A stretch of 64,000 nucleotides of DNA from Octopus sinensis (GCF_006345805.1 NC_042999.1:62682001-62746000), one strand, 5' to 3'. Shown: positions 47,871-62,217, numbered from the stretch's first letter. The notes: generated by a model from the sequence alone, not told the origin. Translations and numbers: made by a program.

Positions 47871-50746
47871 TAAAAACCAACCAAAAGTTGAGTAAATAGA
47901 TGAATTTTAAATGGAGATCAAAAAGTCAGCGTAGATCACAAACTATACCATTTGAACTAATGTAGATTACAAGCTATACTAGAAACATGCATGTAGATCA
48001 CATACTACACCAGCACCTTGGTTTCTTCTGACTAGGCATATAGCCACTTATTTAAAAAGAGCATGAAATAAAATGAAACTTGAGATGTTTACACTTCTCC
48101 CATCATCATTTAACATCCATTTTCCATGCTGGCATGGGTTGGACAGTCTAACAGGAGCTGGACAGCTGCCTAGGCTCCATGCCTGTTTTGGCATTTATGG
48201 TCAGATGCCCTTCATAATGCCAACCACTTTACCCTCTGGGTGCTTTTTACGTGGCACTGGCAGTTGTGCTTTTTATGTGGAACCAGCACCCATGAGCACA
48301 CAAGATTAGGGATGCTCAACTGAAGAGGGGAGCAGGGGACATGCCTCTTGGAATTGAACTGATATGAATTTGATTAGAAACTGAAGTTATACAATAAATC
48401 CAATGAATGTTGGTTAATGACTGAAAGAGTACAATCATGAATGCAAGCAGCCAAAATGGGATTTCTCTTAAGTATCTTTAGAGCAACATTATTTGACAGG
48501 GTGCATAGCTTGGAGATTAGACTGTTTCTCCAGGTCAAGTTGCTACTTCTTCACATTGACAGATCACATAACTCCAGTACTACAAACAGGTGATTATCAC
48601 AAGAAAGAATTGTGAGAGGACTCTTCAAGCTAGGCCAACAGGCAGGAAACCTAGGAGTAGACCAAGAACAAGAATACAGTATTTTTCTTTTACTTAAATT
48701 ACTTTTGTTAATAAGTAATAACAGAAACTTAGTCAGGTCAGAGATCTCATCACAGGCTGATGAGACCTGCTATTGGTACCATGTAAACCAGTATTGTTTC
48801 ATAGTCAAATGGTTGGCAACTAAACCAGCTCCCCTGCATCAGTACTTTAGTACTCTTGTGAGGAGCCTGTCTAAAAACAAGATTTGTTGAGAGACGGATG
48901 AGCTCCTTGTGGGCCAATGGCAAACCACCTCAATATCTCTGCCAAGAAAACACTATGAAAAAGAACAAGTAATGCTTAATCAGGAAGACATTTGCTGTAG
49001 TGTCATCAACACACTGCAAAAGTATATGATACATAATGACAACTCACAGGAAAACTATAAAACTACACAATCCAATGTCTTAAGATAATTTGTCGTTAAT
49101 TCTTAATGGGACAAACAACCACAGAAACTTCTTCATTAGAGACTGACAGATAAATATTGTTTTGAGAGATGTTGTTTGTATGGGCAATACTTTTTACAGC
49201 TGGATGTTCTTCATATTGTTAAAAGCTCCAGTATTGGTTTCTTTAAAAGTATTCATTCAACTTTTCAGTGAATCATGCTCTAATTATGCTTGACATTGTT
49301 AAACAATTACACAAATCTGCAACCAGGTATTAGTACACATACAACTTAGTATTAGGAAATGAGGTGCTTAGTTAGAAATGATGTTTTTATTATAAGCAAA
49401 CACTAAATCTTGGTTAGCAGTGTAGCTCAGGAAGAAAGACTTAAAAATTTATTGACTACTTTGTTGTGTTTTGCATTAATGTTTATTCCTTTGAAAACTA
49501 TCATCATTTTAAATTAGAACTGAATAGATCGGAGAAATAGTATTTAAACAATGATGATAATGATGAGTATATAGCAGGCAAGGGTGAGTGATTATGAAAT
49601 GTGCTTCAAACTTGTGATTCTAGGATCAGTTCCACTGCACATCACTTTGGGCAATTAACTTTTGTTAAATTTTGACTAATGTCATGCAAATGAAATTTGG
49701 AAGACAGAAATTATGAGGAAGACCAGTATGTGAGTGTGTGTGCCTGCACATGCATCCACATATGTGCATATGAAAGTAAATTTCTTATATAGTATGAAGT
49801 AATTCATAAAAAGGGACATAACTCAAGGTCAACTCGACATTCCGTTAATAGGAATTGAGACTTAAATATTGGGGTCAATAATTCACAACGCAGAGAGAGA
49901 GAGAATAACAGAAATTAACTTTCTTCTTTGGAGAGGATAAAAAAATCAACCCTGAAATTAGCAGAAAATATTAAGTGATAATCAATAAAATGAGCATAGT
50001 TAATTGGAGATGTTACAAACAAAACAATCAAATAGCCAGGATCCACAATTAAATGAGTTTAATTTAACATTGCTGTGAATCAGCAGAGATTAAAAGTTCT
50101 ATTTTTACTGTTAGTTACATAAACAACGAATTCATCTATAGTTATCTATGTCAGTCCAGTTACATAGTTTAAAGAGAACAGCCTTATTAATTATTTTCAT
50201 TGTGTATTTTCAACACCGCTTGATACATCTGTTCTATTGACAAGTTAATTAGCCTCTAAAATGATTTTTTAAAATATCAAACAGTCGGTTTTTTTTTCTT
50301 TTCTTAGTTTCATTAAGAATATTTAAATCACAAATATAGTAATTTATCAATTTAATGTCCATTATATGCTGGCATGGGACAAATGAAACTTATTGAGACA
50401 GTAATTTTCAGTCAGATGCTCCTCCTAACATCAACCCTCATTTGTTTCAAGGTATTTTTATTCCACTGAGGGGGAAGCATAAAATAAAGAGCCAACTCTC
50501 AATACTATATCCTGCCCTCAGTTAAGGGGTCTTGTCTCACAAGTTACTTGGTGACCTCACCACCGGTGTCACATAAAAAGCACCAGTACACACTGTGAAG
50601 TGGTTGGTGTTAAGAAGGGCATCCAGCTATAGAAACCATACCAAAGCAGGCACTGGAGCTCAGTGTAATCCTCTGGCTAATCCATTTCTGTCAAACTGTC
50701 CAACCCACACCAGCATGGAAAATGGACGTTAAATGATGGTGCTGAT

Positions 50747-51130
50747 TTGTTTGTTTGTTAAGCAAAGCGGTCTTCATCCGTAATGGGAGAAGTCCGATAC
50801 GTGGTCCTTTGCTATTCGTAAGATCCGCAGAAGAGAAAGCAGGTCAACCCCCCCGACACCGAGAGCATCGATGGATGGATGAATGTGCATCCAGGCTCAG
50901 CGGTTGCGTAGGAAGTCGGGGACAAGAAACAGGAAGAAAGAGTGAGAGAAAGTTGGAGCGAAAGAGTACAACAGGGGTCACCACCACCCTCTGCCCCCCC
51001 CTGCCGGAGCCTCATGGAGCTTTAGGTGTTTTCACTCAATAAACACACACAACGCCCGGTCTGGGAATCGAAACCGCGATCCTCTGACCGCAAGTCTGCT
51101 GCCCTAGCCATTGGGCCATTGCACCTTCAC
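50747..51130 (-). mobile_element. GC-rich tRNA-derived SINE with (AAAC)n tail and 13-bp TSD
   Basis: TSD TGATGGTGCTGAT at 50734-50746 and 51131-51143. A/B boxes TGGCCCAATGG and GGTTTCGATTCC. Confidence 0.8.
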
Positions 51131-51991
51131 TGATGGTGCTGATGATGATGATCTTTGTATGAAACAGATGAAACCAGAGTTATGGGATATTGCTCAAATA
51201 GTGTCAATGTGAAGACATACAAACACTCATTCACAAACTGCTATATAAAGGGTGTCTCTACAGTTTTCATCAACTAAATTTCACTCAAGGTGTATAAAAG
51301 AAGACACCCGAGTAAGGTGTCACACAGCAAAATGAAAGCTGAAACCTTGGTTGCAAAGTTAACTTCAAAACTACTGAGTCATGCCCATAAAATTGCAAAC
51401 AAAAAAATCTAAATTGACACCACAGGATTTGCAAAATAAATTTAATAGCAACTGCTATTCTGTTTATTTGAAGTTTTTCATAGAATGGGAACATCATCAT
51501 TTTAAGGTCCAATTTTCTGGGTCAGACAGAGTGTGGGGCAAATTGTTTACAGTTGGATGCCCTTCTTGTTGCCAACCCTCACCTGTCTCCAAGCATGGTA
51601 ACATTTCTCCACAACCAGACATCCTCGTCGTTTAACATCTGCTTTCCATGCTAGCATGGGTTGGATGAATGACTGAGGGCTGGCGAACCAGATGACTGCA
51701 CCAGGCTTCAATCTTGATCTGGCAGAGTTTCTACAGCTGGATGCCCTTCCTAATGCCAACCACTCCGAGAGTGTAGTGGGTGCTTTTACGTGCCACCAGC
51801 ACGGGGCCAGTCAGGCAGTACTGGCAACAACCTCGCCCGAATCTTTTACACATGCCACCAGCACGGGTGCCAGTAAGGCGATGCTGGTAACAATCACGCT
51901 CGAATGGTGTCGACAATTATGTGATGTCATAACAAGGAGACACAAACATATATACATTTTTTTTTAATATTTATATACATAGATACATGTA

Positions 51992-52186
51992 CAGAGTGGC
52001 CCAAAAGTAGGTTTGCAGTTATCACATAGGCACTTTAAATTTTATTACATTTAAATTACTATCTTACAATTAACTAAATTAGCATAGAATAATGGTTTCA
52101 TATTTTTTATAATTAAGAACTAAACTTAATATATGACTGTGAAAGAGATAGTTGAATAACTGTAAACATATTTTTGGGCCACCCTG
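51992..52186. mobile_element. Tc1/mariner-type MITE
   Basis: About 30-bp TIRs CAG(A/G)GTGGCCCAAAA..., flanked by TA on both sides. Confidence 0.85.
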
Positions 52187-55100
52187 TATGTATGTATATA
52201 TGTGTGTGTGAAGGCGCATGGCTCAGTGGTTAGAGCGTCGAGCTTACAATCGTGAGGTTGTGAGCTCAAATCCCAGACCAGGTTGCATGTTGTGTTCTTG
52301 AGCAAGACACTTTATTTCACGTTGCTCCAGTTCACTCAGCTGTAGAAATGAGTTGCGATGTCACAGGTGCCAAGCTATATCGGCCTTTGCCTTTCCCTTG
52401 GATAACACGTGGTGTGGAGAGGGGAGGCCAGTATGCATGGATGACTGCTGGTCTTCCATAAACAACCTTGCCTGGACTTGTGCCTAGGAGAGTAACTTTC
52501 TAGGTGCAATCCCATGGTCAGTGTCGTGACTGAAGGCGGTCTCAGATATATATATCCTTTCACTTTCCATCTACCAAATCCATTCACAAGGCTTTAGTCA
52601 GCCCAGAGCTATAGTAGAAGACACTTGCCCAAGATACCACTTCAAACTGAACCCAAGATGACATAAGTAGTTGAGAAGCAAGCTTCTTAACCACACATTT
52701 TAAAAACATTTTGGATAGAAAACCTTGTCTGAAAAATGTTAACCAGTGTTTTAAACACAAATATATACATCAAAGTTTGGAAGAAATTTCGCAGAAGAAA
52801 GTTTTTTATTAGCAATATGTGAATAACAGTGAATGTACATTAAATACTCTAAAAGCAATTGTAGCTGATTTTATGTTTTAAACAACTTTTTATCTTCAGA
52901 TCACAATAAAAGGGGTTTTAAACTTTCTTTGCAATACAATTTTTATAACATTTTTACTTCATTGTATGACTTTTCACAAAGAAACAAACAGATCAAAGCA
53001 TTATACACTTAGTAAAGCATGAAAACATAAGTGGTTCTCACAAAGTATACAAAATCCTTAAGGTGCCAAGGCAGGAATAACAGGGGACAATTAAGGCATA
53101 AATATAAATCAAATTCGATGACTGGCGTTTGTGCTAGCGGGGTGCAAAGAGCACAATAGGAGTATGATCATTGACAGAGTGGCTAACCGGCTTCCGTGCC
53201 AGTGACACTTAAAAGGCATCATTCGAGCGTGATCGTTACAAGCGTCGCATTACTGGCACTCGAGCCCCATGCTAGTAGGGTATTAAGAGCACCATCCGAG
53301 TGTGATCGTTGCCAGAGCGGCTGTGTGGCCTCCATGCCAGTGGCACGTAAAAGACACGATTTGAGCGTGATTGTTACCAGCATCGCCTTACTGGCACCTG
53401 TGCCGGTGGCATGTATAAAAGATTCAAGCGAGTTCGTTGCCAGTGACGCCTGAGTGGCACGTAAAAGCACCCACTACACTCTTGGAGTGGTTGGCGTTAG
53501 GAAAGGCATCCAGCTGTAGAAACATTGCCAGATCAAGATTGAAGCCTGGTGCAGCCATCTGGTTCGCCAGCCCACAGTCATTTGTCCAACCCATGCTAGC
53601 ATGGAAAGCGGACGTTAAATGATGATGATGATGACTGAAAAATGGAAGTAACTATAGTACGAACAATAAGAGAATACAAAAGTGATTGTCCAAAACCTGT
53701 AAGAATATTGGGGAGGGAAAAAGGCTGCAACACAATCTCTCAATTCTTGTTTTCTACCACTGTTCTGGTTTCATTCCAGCTTCTCGATCCTTCTTGTCTC
53801 TGCTAGTATGCAAAATTAGTCTACTGCATTTTTTTTTAACCTCTTTGATACCAACCTGCCTGAGACGGCTTTTGGTTCCATGCTTAAAAAAAACTTCTTT
53901 TGATATTACTAGTAGCTGATAAGAGTACACTGCCTCAGTTGTTGAAGGATAAGTCAGAAAGGTCAAAATTTTAGCCTTTTATAAAGTCAGTAATTGTTCA
54001 AAGCCAAAATTTTCCTTATACTTTAGAAAAGAAAGTGAATTTTACTGAAGCTTTTTCATTTTTAAATGAAATATTAAGAAATTCCTGAAGACAGCTGGTG
54101 TTAGTATTTGCATGCAGCTTGGTGGGTGAGTGCTTTATTTGGATATTGGCTGGTGAATGGAAATGGATGGAAGCAGGGGGAGGAGTGTATAGTTCTTTTT
54201 AACAGAAGTAAATAAAGTTTGCATTGGCTGTTTCATGTATTAATTTCGGCAGTCCAATAATAAAAATGAAGAATGAATTTAGCAGGCTTAGTGTACATGT
54301 AGTAAAACGTAGCTAACAGCTATTTAAGATATAATCAAGTCAACCTGTTTTTTCTCCTTACTATTCTTATAATTAAAAATGTTATAATGTTTAATAGAAA
54401 GATTATTTGATGAAGAGCATATAGTATTTCTATTTTTAACTTCACATTGCTTCAGAAAAATTCAGCAAACCATTTTTGTTTTTCATCTATGTCAATAAAA
54501 CAGAATGTAATGTAACATTGATGTTACTAGCTTAGCCTTTCATTAAATGCCTCACTGTTCTGTTCTGACTATGCTGAATACAGATGCTTTTGTTGTGTTT
54601 TGTTTTGTTTTGTATTTTGCTTTTTTCTGGGGGCGGGTAGTTGTGTTGGTTACCTTTTGCAAAACCTTGGCCTCTTGCCATTATCTTCTAATTGAGAAAA
54701 AATGTTCATAAATATAGCACTGCAAACTATTAAATGCTCCCCTACACACACGCACACACACACACACACACAAAGGCCTTTAAATGGTGATACTTTATAA
54801 TAATCAAAAATATCTGGAATAATTTATTCCTTCACTGGTCATTGTTGTTTAGCATCAGATTAACCCAGATTAAGATGACCTATAACCTGTGACCATCCCA
54901 TTTTTTTCAGGCAGTGAGAATCCAGAAATACATGGAGTCAATGTGTGCACATCCTCACAGTAGTTTTCATTTGAGTTAGGTTTGACTGCTATTTTTACCA
55001 AGTCAAGTGGCTGCATAAAGCTTCCTTTAATTGGTTTGTCAATTTTATTTATTTCAATTATTGATTACACTGCAACACTCATTCCTACTCCAAGGACAGT

Positions 55101-55756
55101 AAAATCCCTCTTATCTGGTATTCAAATAACCAGAACTCTCCAGCAGCTGTCACCCAAAGAAAAATGTAACAGAATGCATTGTTAATTAGTCAAGAAAATT
55201 TGAACTAATTTGTGTTAATTAATCAACTGTCATTAAAAGAAGAAAGTTTCTACTGTATCTAAAATGAATCATTGGTTCTTGAAGTACAGTTGTTATTTTA
55301 TTTTATTGACAGTACCTGTATTTAGGTTGATAAAACATTCTTTACTTAAATCATATTTTTATTTCTTTATATTTCTACTAAATTCAGAATATTAATGATA
55401 ATACTGATGTATATAGAAAATTTAACGAGTTTTGTAAGGTGCTACAGTAATTTAAAAAGTGTTTAATGGAAAATTCAGTAATTTGGCAACCTTCTGGTAG
55501 AGCCAGACAGGAGGAAGTTTACTGAACCAGAGGAAAGTAAACCCTGGCTGGATTTGAACTTATAAATGTAAAGAGATGCAATCAAACATAATGATGTATT
55601 TTGTCCAATGCTCTACCAATCCTGCTCATCTCATACTTATTAGTAAATTATTTTCATAATTTATTTTTTTTGTATAGGTCCTGATATTAACCACCCCAAC
55701 TTTTTGGTGTCGATACTATTTCAGTCTGTTCACATTGATGGACTTCATATACTCAC

Positions 55757-58700
55757 AACTGGAATGCTTCCAATTCTTTTTCACAGTAACCATAAACCTA
55801 TTTGGCAACTTGAAATCACGAAATACTGTCATCAATTTATCTATTCAAGTGTGCATGCACACACACACACACAGTTATGTTCTTGAGCAAAACACTATTT
55901 AACATTGAATGGGTAACCCTGCAGTGTACAGGTTTCTGTTTGGGGGAAATGTTAACCTGCTCACCTAGCCATTGGGGTGGCATTATTTGAAAGCTATAAT
56001 GATGCAAGGAAGTGCATTGAGACCAGTGATGTATGACAACATCCAATAGTCTGGCTGTTATTGTGATTTCTCTTGTACCAGTATCCTGATTTGCAAATTA
56101 AAGACATGCATGCATATATATATATATATATATATATACTAATGATTCTGCTAGTTCACTGCTCTAGACTGTTAGAAGAATGAAAGGCAAAGTTGATCTC
56201 CGTGTTATTTGAACTTAAAATGAAAGGAACCAGAATAAATACTGCAAGCATTTCACCCAATGCTCTAGTGACTGCCAATTCACCACCTAAGATGCCAAAA
56301 TATAAACCAATTTCATTTTGTATCCTGAAATGGAAACATGGTAACTGACAAACATGATCAAAGAGGCAATTATAATTATAAAAACAATCATTTATAATTA
56401 TAAATGATGGTTTCAGACACCTCAATATGGGTTCAAAATATGCCATCATTTAAGATTATATTCTATATGATAGCAAAATGTCTTTAGTCATAGTGAACCT
56501 TACAAAATGATGCACATTGTCATTCAAGATATCAATAATTTTTTGATAGTTTATGCTGAGAATTCCCAACTTAACTCTCTACCTAAAGATTATAAAGCAA
56601 ACTTAATTACTTGGATTGGTAACAATCACAGTCAAGTAGTTTTGACACCAACAATTCTCTTAAAATCAGGTTTGCTAAGTATGTGAGAGGGAAAGTCTAG
56701 TGCTTTGTCCAAAAACTGAACCCAGTATTTGTGTTGAAATGGAAACTAAAACAGAGACCAGAACATCTGCTGACAGTTTCTCAAATCTTGAGTATTTAAT
56801 TTGTTTTATCATCATTTAAACTCAATACAGCTGTCTCTCCTGCACTTGTCAGTCTTACTTTAACTCAATACTCAGACTATGTGCTTAAACATTCTGTGAA
56901 ACTGCTTTTTTCCTGACATTGCATCTGCTGGAATTTTCTTTTTGACAACACTAACCAACAACAATTGAAAGTGATCAAGTCAAAGACGTTAATGTGGCAG
57001 TTCCAAAGGTCTTAGAGAAGGATACATTTGATTATACAGATATAAAAGATGATGGGACAGTCAAGGCTTGAATGTTTGGGGTCAAAGATTTGCTTGATCA
57101 GGCTAACCAGGGATAAACAACAAATCAAATTTACCACAGTAATCCATCATCTTTAGACTAGATAAGTTTAAAATAAAATACCCACAAATTCTTCTCAGAA
57201 TAAATTCTCAACACTCACACATTCATAGTTCCAATAACAACATTTGCTATAAACACCTACCAGGTGTAAATAATGATCACCTTCTCATGCAGAAGCTACA
57301 ACTATTCACCTGTACAGTTCAACCAGATTTGTATTATTCTCTGAAATGCAATGCTGTCACACCATATTATACTATCAGACTGACCTACATTTATTTATAT
57401 TACAATTTATAAACAATAACCTTGTTGGTTACAAGTTGCCAATGGGTCAATAATTGGTTCACTGTATTCTGATGGTGACTGCCTGTAACAAACAAGGGAC
57501 TTAGGGAACTTCGTTCATTTTTTTTTTTTTTCTTGCCAATATTTAATATCCTTCACTGATATAGACTGGCAAAAAGCACTCACATCTTCAACAAGCTTCC
57601 ACACAATTTCTGTACCAAGTTTCACACTGATCAACCCAGGGTTAAAGTAGAAAACCTGCACTGAGTACCAAACAATGTGATCAAACCCAGATACACATGC
57701 TTGCAAGATTGCAAATCAATGACCGTAGCCTCGATAAAGTCACTCACTCAGCTAGAAATAATACCCAAATCCTCTTCACCACTACCTTTAACAAAAAAGC
57801 AAAAAAGACACATTCAATAATATAGTTTTAGATACGCTATGCCAGAACTAAAATGATAGTATGGACAGAGCTGAAATTTGTTTAACCTTAAGCCTGTTAA
57901 ATCAGATCTGATCTTGAATTAATGAATAATTACATAATATATGCAAACGCATGACTGTGTCGTAAGTTCGATTAGCGACCATGTGGTATCCATCATATTC
58001 TATCCCACTGCAAAGTATTCTGACCAAATGTCTTCTACTATAGTCCAAGAGTGATTAATATCTCATGTGGAATTTGGTAGACAATTTGTGCAAAAGTTCA
58101 TTAAATATATATGTGTGTGTGTGTGTGTATTAGCGTTAGAAGGGGCATCCAGCTGTAAAAGCCATGCCAAAGCAGACGGAGGTTGATACAATCCTTGGAC
58201 ACATCCTGTCAAACCGTCCATACCAGCATGGAATATGGACGTCAAATGATGATGATCATCATCTTGCATATATACATGCATAACATACACGTATGCACAA
58301 GTGTGTATAGAACCTGCGCTCCTAATGAGTGTGTTTATGCTGTAAAACTTAACAGTTTGTCAGGTAGATATCGATAAGTAACCTGCACCTAGTCCCTCTG
58401 TATGGTCAGAGCCCATGGAGCTGAAACCGATAAAATAAGCAAATACAAGAAAGACCCCCAGTGATATCGCGATGGCGTACGATAGATATAAGGGGAAAAC
58501 GATGGATAGCAACAGATGACCACTTTAAGGGACACGCTACCAATTATTGATAGTGTATAAGGGGAGTCTACATCTAATGGAATCCTAATCAGTACGGGAC
58601 AATTTTAAAATTCAAACATACATTAGCAGTAAGACAAAGTTTGTGTTTAAAAAAAAATTAAGGTGGTTACTATCGTTTAACTTATAGTTAATCCTGATCA

Positions 58701-59469
58701 AGACGTCTACGATCAAGGGCATTCCAGCCGTGACCATCGTTCATTCTGAAGACATCTAGATTATCTAATGTTTTTTTTTTTGTCGTTATTTAAGGTGTAA
58801 GGTGTATTTGAGGAAGATTTGGTTGCAATTTTAAGCAAGTCGAGGAGCGCATGGAGGCTCTTTAGTTGGCTTGTGAATATATTGTGTTTAATCCTCAAAG
58901 CACCAAATACCCCTGCTTTCACTAATAACTTGCTTAGGTGACCAAAACACTGATCGTATTTCAGCAACGAGGCTAAAAATATTAAATCCAGATTAACAGC
59001 TGGTCGTCCGGGCATCAATATATTAAATAACGACGAACAAATATTTACACAGTCTCTCAACTCAATAGCCAGACTTAAATTATCATGTGTATAATTTATT
59101 TTACATTTGTTTTGTTATTAAATCTTGAAACAAAAATATATTACAGATACCGAAAGATCGCTCATAGCAATTACACAGGGCCCAAATGAGAGGCATTTGA
59201 TACACACACATATATATATCTATATTACCATTTAAAGAAAAAAAACGAGAGTTTATTTACTACCAAACCCATCGGCAGTAACTTTCTCGTATTTATATGT
59301 CCCAAAATCGAAAGATCGCCAGAAATATTTATAGAACTTTGCAGAATCTAACCAACTTTTCTCTAGAAAATTCCTTGTTAAAATGAAGTAGTCGCAATAG
59401 TTGTTAGCAATTGTCTGATTACTGCTACTGCTCGACAATGAAGTAAGTCTGATAACCATTTTCTTGCAA
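55757..59469 (-). CDS. Candidate nested same-strand gene of unknown product (exons 59469-59269, 59073-58911, 57655-57584, 55797-55757)
   Basis: Strong acceptor CTTTTCCACCCTCAG then ATG at 59459. Open, phase-compatible frames and two GTGAGT donors. Some sites are weak (GTTTGG, GTATTT, AAG). No family recognised. Confidence 0.3.
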
Positions 59470-61145
59470 CTGAGGGTGGAAAAGCAAGCGTCTAATGGAG
59501 TAGTGTGGTTCTGAACTATTTTTCACCTATAGACCCCTTCGATTCCAATTTTAGTTGGCTGGACCCTCGTAGCCATTCAATGTTTAAAAAAAAAATCCTA
59601 TTATATTTTTATAATTAAATATTATTAGGAACTGTATTAAAAAAAAACTGTTGAAAGATTTTGTGTACTGAATAATCAATTTATTGCACATAATCTTTAA
59701 CAGCAAAAAATTTATATGGATCCCCACCCCAGGGGTCATACGAACCCTCATTGAAAAACACTTGTCTAGAGTGATACTGGAGAGAGAATCTGTTGAAAAA
59801 TTAATTTCAATACAACGTGTTTTTTACAAAGAAATAAAAGCCGAAGCAGTCCAATGTGGAACCGATGAAAAAAAAATTTTTTTTAAGTTGATATTTTTAA
59901 AGCAGTGTTTCACACAATACAGGGCAATTTCAAGCAAATGGTCCTTACCCCCCCCCCCAAGGACTTTCTATAAAATGAGTAGTAGCAATATACCCGGTTT
60001 GAAACTATTCTCAACATTTCCTTACAATAAATAAATAAACGGCCTCGTCAACAGAGAAAAGAATCCATTGCCTACTAACACAATGTAAATGATCAAAGTA
60101 CGAAGGAGGGGGGTGACCTAACCTTCCCAACATAAACATCTAAAATTAGCTGGATATTACTTGCATGTGTGGAGAAATAGCATTCTACCAGCTATTAACT
60201 TATTGTAAAAACGTTAGGAACACTATTTTATTTTTCATCTGAATAGCATAAATTCGTTGAGAAAATCTTTCTTCAATTATCTAAAACCAACAAAAAGGTA
60301 TTATTTTGGAACAATTGCAAAAAATATATTATTTCCATATTAGACATCAAACGAAAAAAAAAATTATCAATCACACATCGGCGATTAAATAAGTAAACAT
60401 TGTCGGGTGCCGATAATTTAAATTACCATAATTATTGTTACATCGCTATTTAATTGTCGTAGTTATTACACAGGGTACTAGTTAATACATTACATTACAT
60501 TACATGGTGTTTATTTTTATTTATTTTTTGTAAAAACGTTTGAAAAATAGAAATTACATACACACACACAATATATATATATACATATATATATGAAAGA
60601 GAATGAGTGTTTGTGTTCCTGAAGAGCTGAAACAAAATATTTTATTGGACTTAACGATTATGGATAAAATTTGTGTGTGTGTGTGTATATACATATATGC
60701 TTAGTGTTGATTATGGGGGGGGGAGTACTGAATACCATTGATATATGGCATTATATTGCACACTATCGAATTCTGTACTGTGGATATTACTATTTCTTCT
60801 AAAAAAATTTTTAAAAAAGCATTCAAGATGGAAATTCTCACCCTAATATCTTCTCATAATGTATGAGAGGATATGAACGCCACAATAAATACGGCAATAC
60901 CTTTCTTACAATCTTACATTCGGAGGTTTTATCCTAAAACGTATAAAAAAAAAACTATAAATCTCCATATTTGTTAAATAGATACAGAAACCAATAAAAA
61001 CAAGTTGATTGCGTCAAAATTATTTATTAAAGAATAGAAAAGAAAATTTTTTTTTCTGCTTTTATTTAAACAGGATTTTCCAAACAAAAATAAATAAATA
61101 AAAAATCGGAAAAGGGTAAAAATGAATAGAACCGGGGTAACTAAC

Positions 61146-61215
61146 CCATCTACTATATATCTATATAAGAAGTGTTTAGACGAAACCGGAGCTATATAGG
61201 AAGTGACGTCATCCG
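61146..61215 (-). promoter_or_regulatory. Candidate intronic promoter (CRE plus ETS plus TATA-like) and short non-coding first exon
   Basis: Minus strand reads TGACGTCA (61204-61211), CTTCC, TATATAG, CTCCGGT, then donor GG|GTTAGT at 61145. Lies in a CpG-retaining region. Confidence 0.5.
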
Positions 61216-61982
61216 TTCTCACGGTTCTCTCAATGTCTATTGTTCAACACTAAAGTAAATATAAACATGAGCCATTATTATTACTATGAGAGCGAGTTGG
61301 ATTGGCAGAATATGGTAGTGTCAGACTAAAATATCCTGAAATATTTTGTTATATCGCATTAAGCCGGGACGTCGACTTTGCCTTTCATCATTCTCAAGAT
61401 CGATTAAATAAAGTACCAGCCAAATTATGTGGCTGTTTGAGCAGCTAGAAAGAATAGCTAAATCACACGCCCAACTGTCCTAGAAAAATGAAGGATACAT
61501 TCAATAATGGATGTAATTTTATTTTGTCAAATAATAAAAGGTAAAAAATTAGGGATGATCGCGGAAAGAATTTTTCTTACTCAGATCAAGGTGGAGATGA
61601 AATTAAAAACACAAGTCTTTTAAAATTTAAAAACAAACATAGACTAAAATATAACTACATTTGTTTGCTGTCTTTTAAAAACAATTTTTTTTAAAATAAA
61701 CGTAATTGGGTGGTTATTATTATTATTATTATTTTAAAGAAAATAATAAACTGACAAACATCTGTCTGTTTGTCTGGGTGAGTCAGTCAATAAAATGATG
61801 ACACAGAAATGGCTACAGGTTAGCTTCTCCATTGATCGTCGATAATTCAGCAGGGAATAACAAAACAATAATTATTTTCAAGAAACTAACACAGTCCGAG
61901 CAACGCATACCAAAATACTTCCTGTAATATTGTATCAATATCCATATAATAACTACATTGCGATATTTATTTATTTTTTTTA

Positions 61983-62000
61983 CCTGCATACACACACTAA

Positions 62001-62060
<60 letters not shown>

Positions 62061-62217
62061 AATTATAATTATGTATATAAATACGTGTGTGTACTTTGGC
62101 GGACAAATAACCTGCATACACACACTAAAGATAAATATATATATTATAATTATATATATATAAAGAATTATAATTATATATATATAAATACGGGTGTGTA
62201 CTTTGGCGGACAAATAA
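61983..62217. repeat. Tandem duplication (2 units, 128 and 107 bp) containing a variable (TA)n
   Basis: CCTGCATACACACACTAAAGAT...TACTTTGGCGGACAAATAA occurs at 61983-62110 and 62111-62217. Confidence 0.85.

Noticed and set aside
53110-53635. CRISPR-like array from recurring GCCAGTGGCACGTAAAAAGCACC units
   Set aside because: These are internal degenerate repeats of the RTE 3' UTR with irregular spacing, in a eukaryotic locus with no cas genes.
57584-57655. Cupredoxin-like domain call for VFYFNPGLISVKLGTEIVWK
   Set aside because: Superficial match to F-x-P-x2-I-x-V-x2-G-x2-V-x-W over only 20 residues, with no copper ligands seen.
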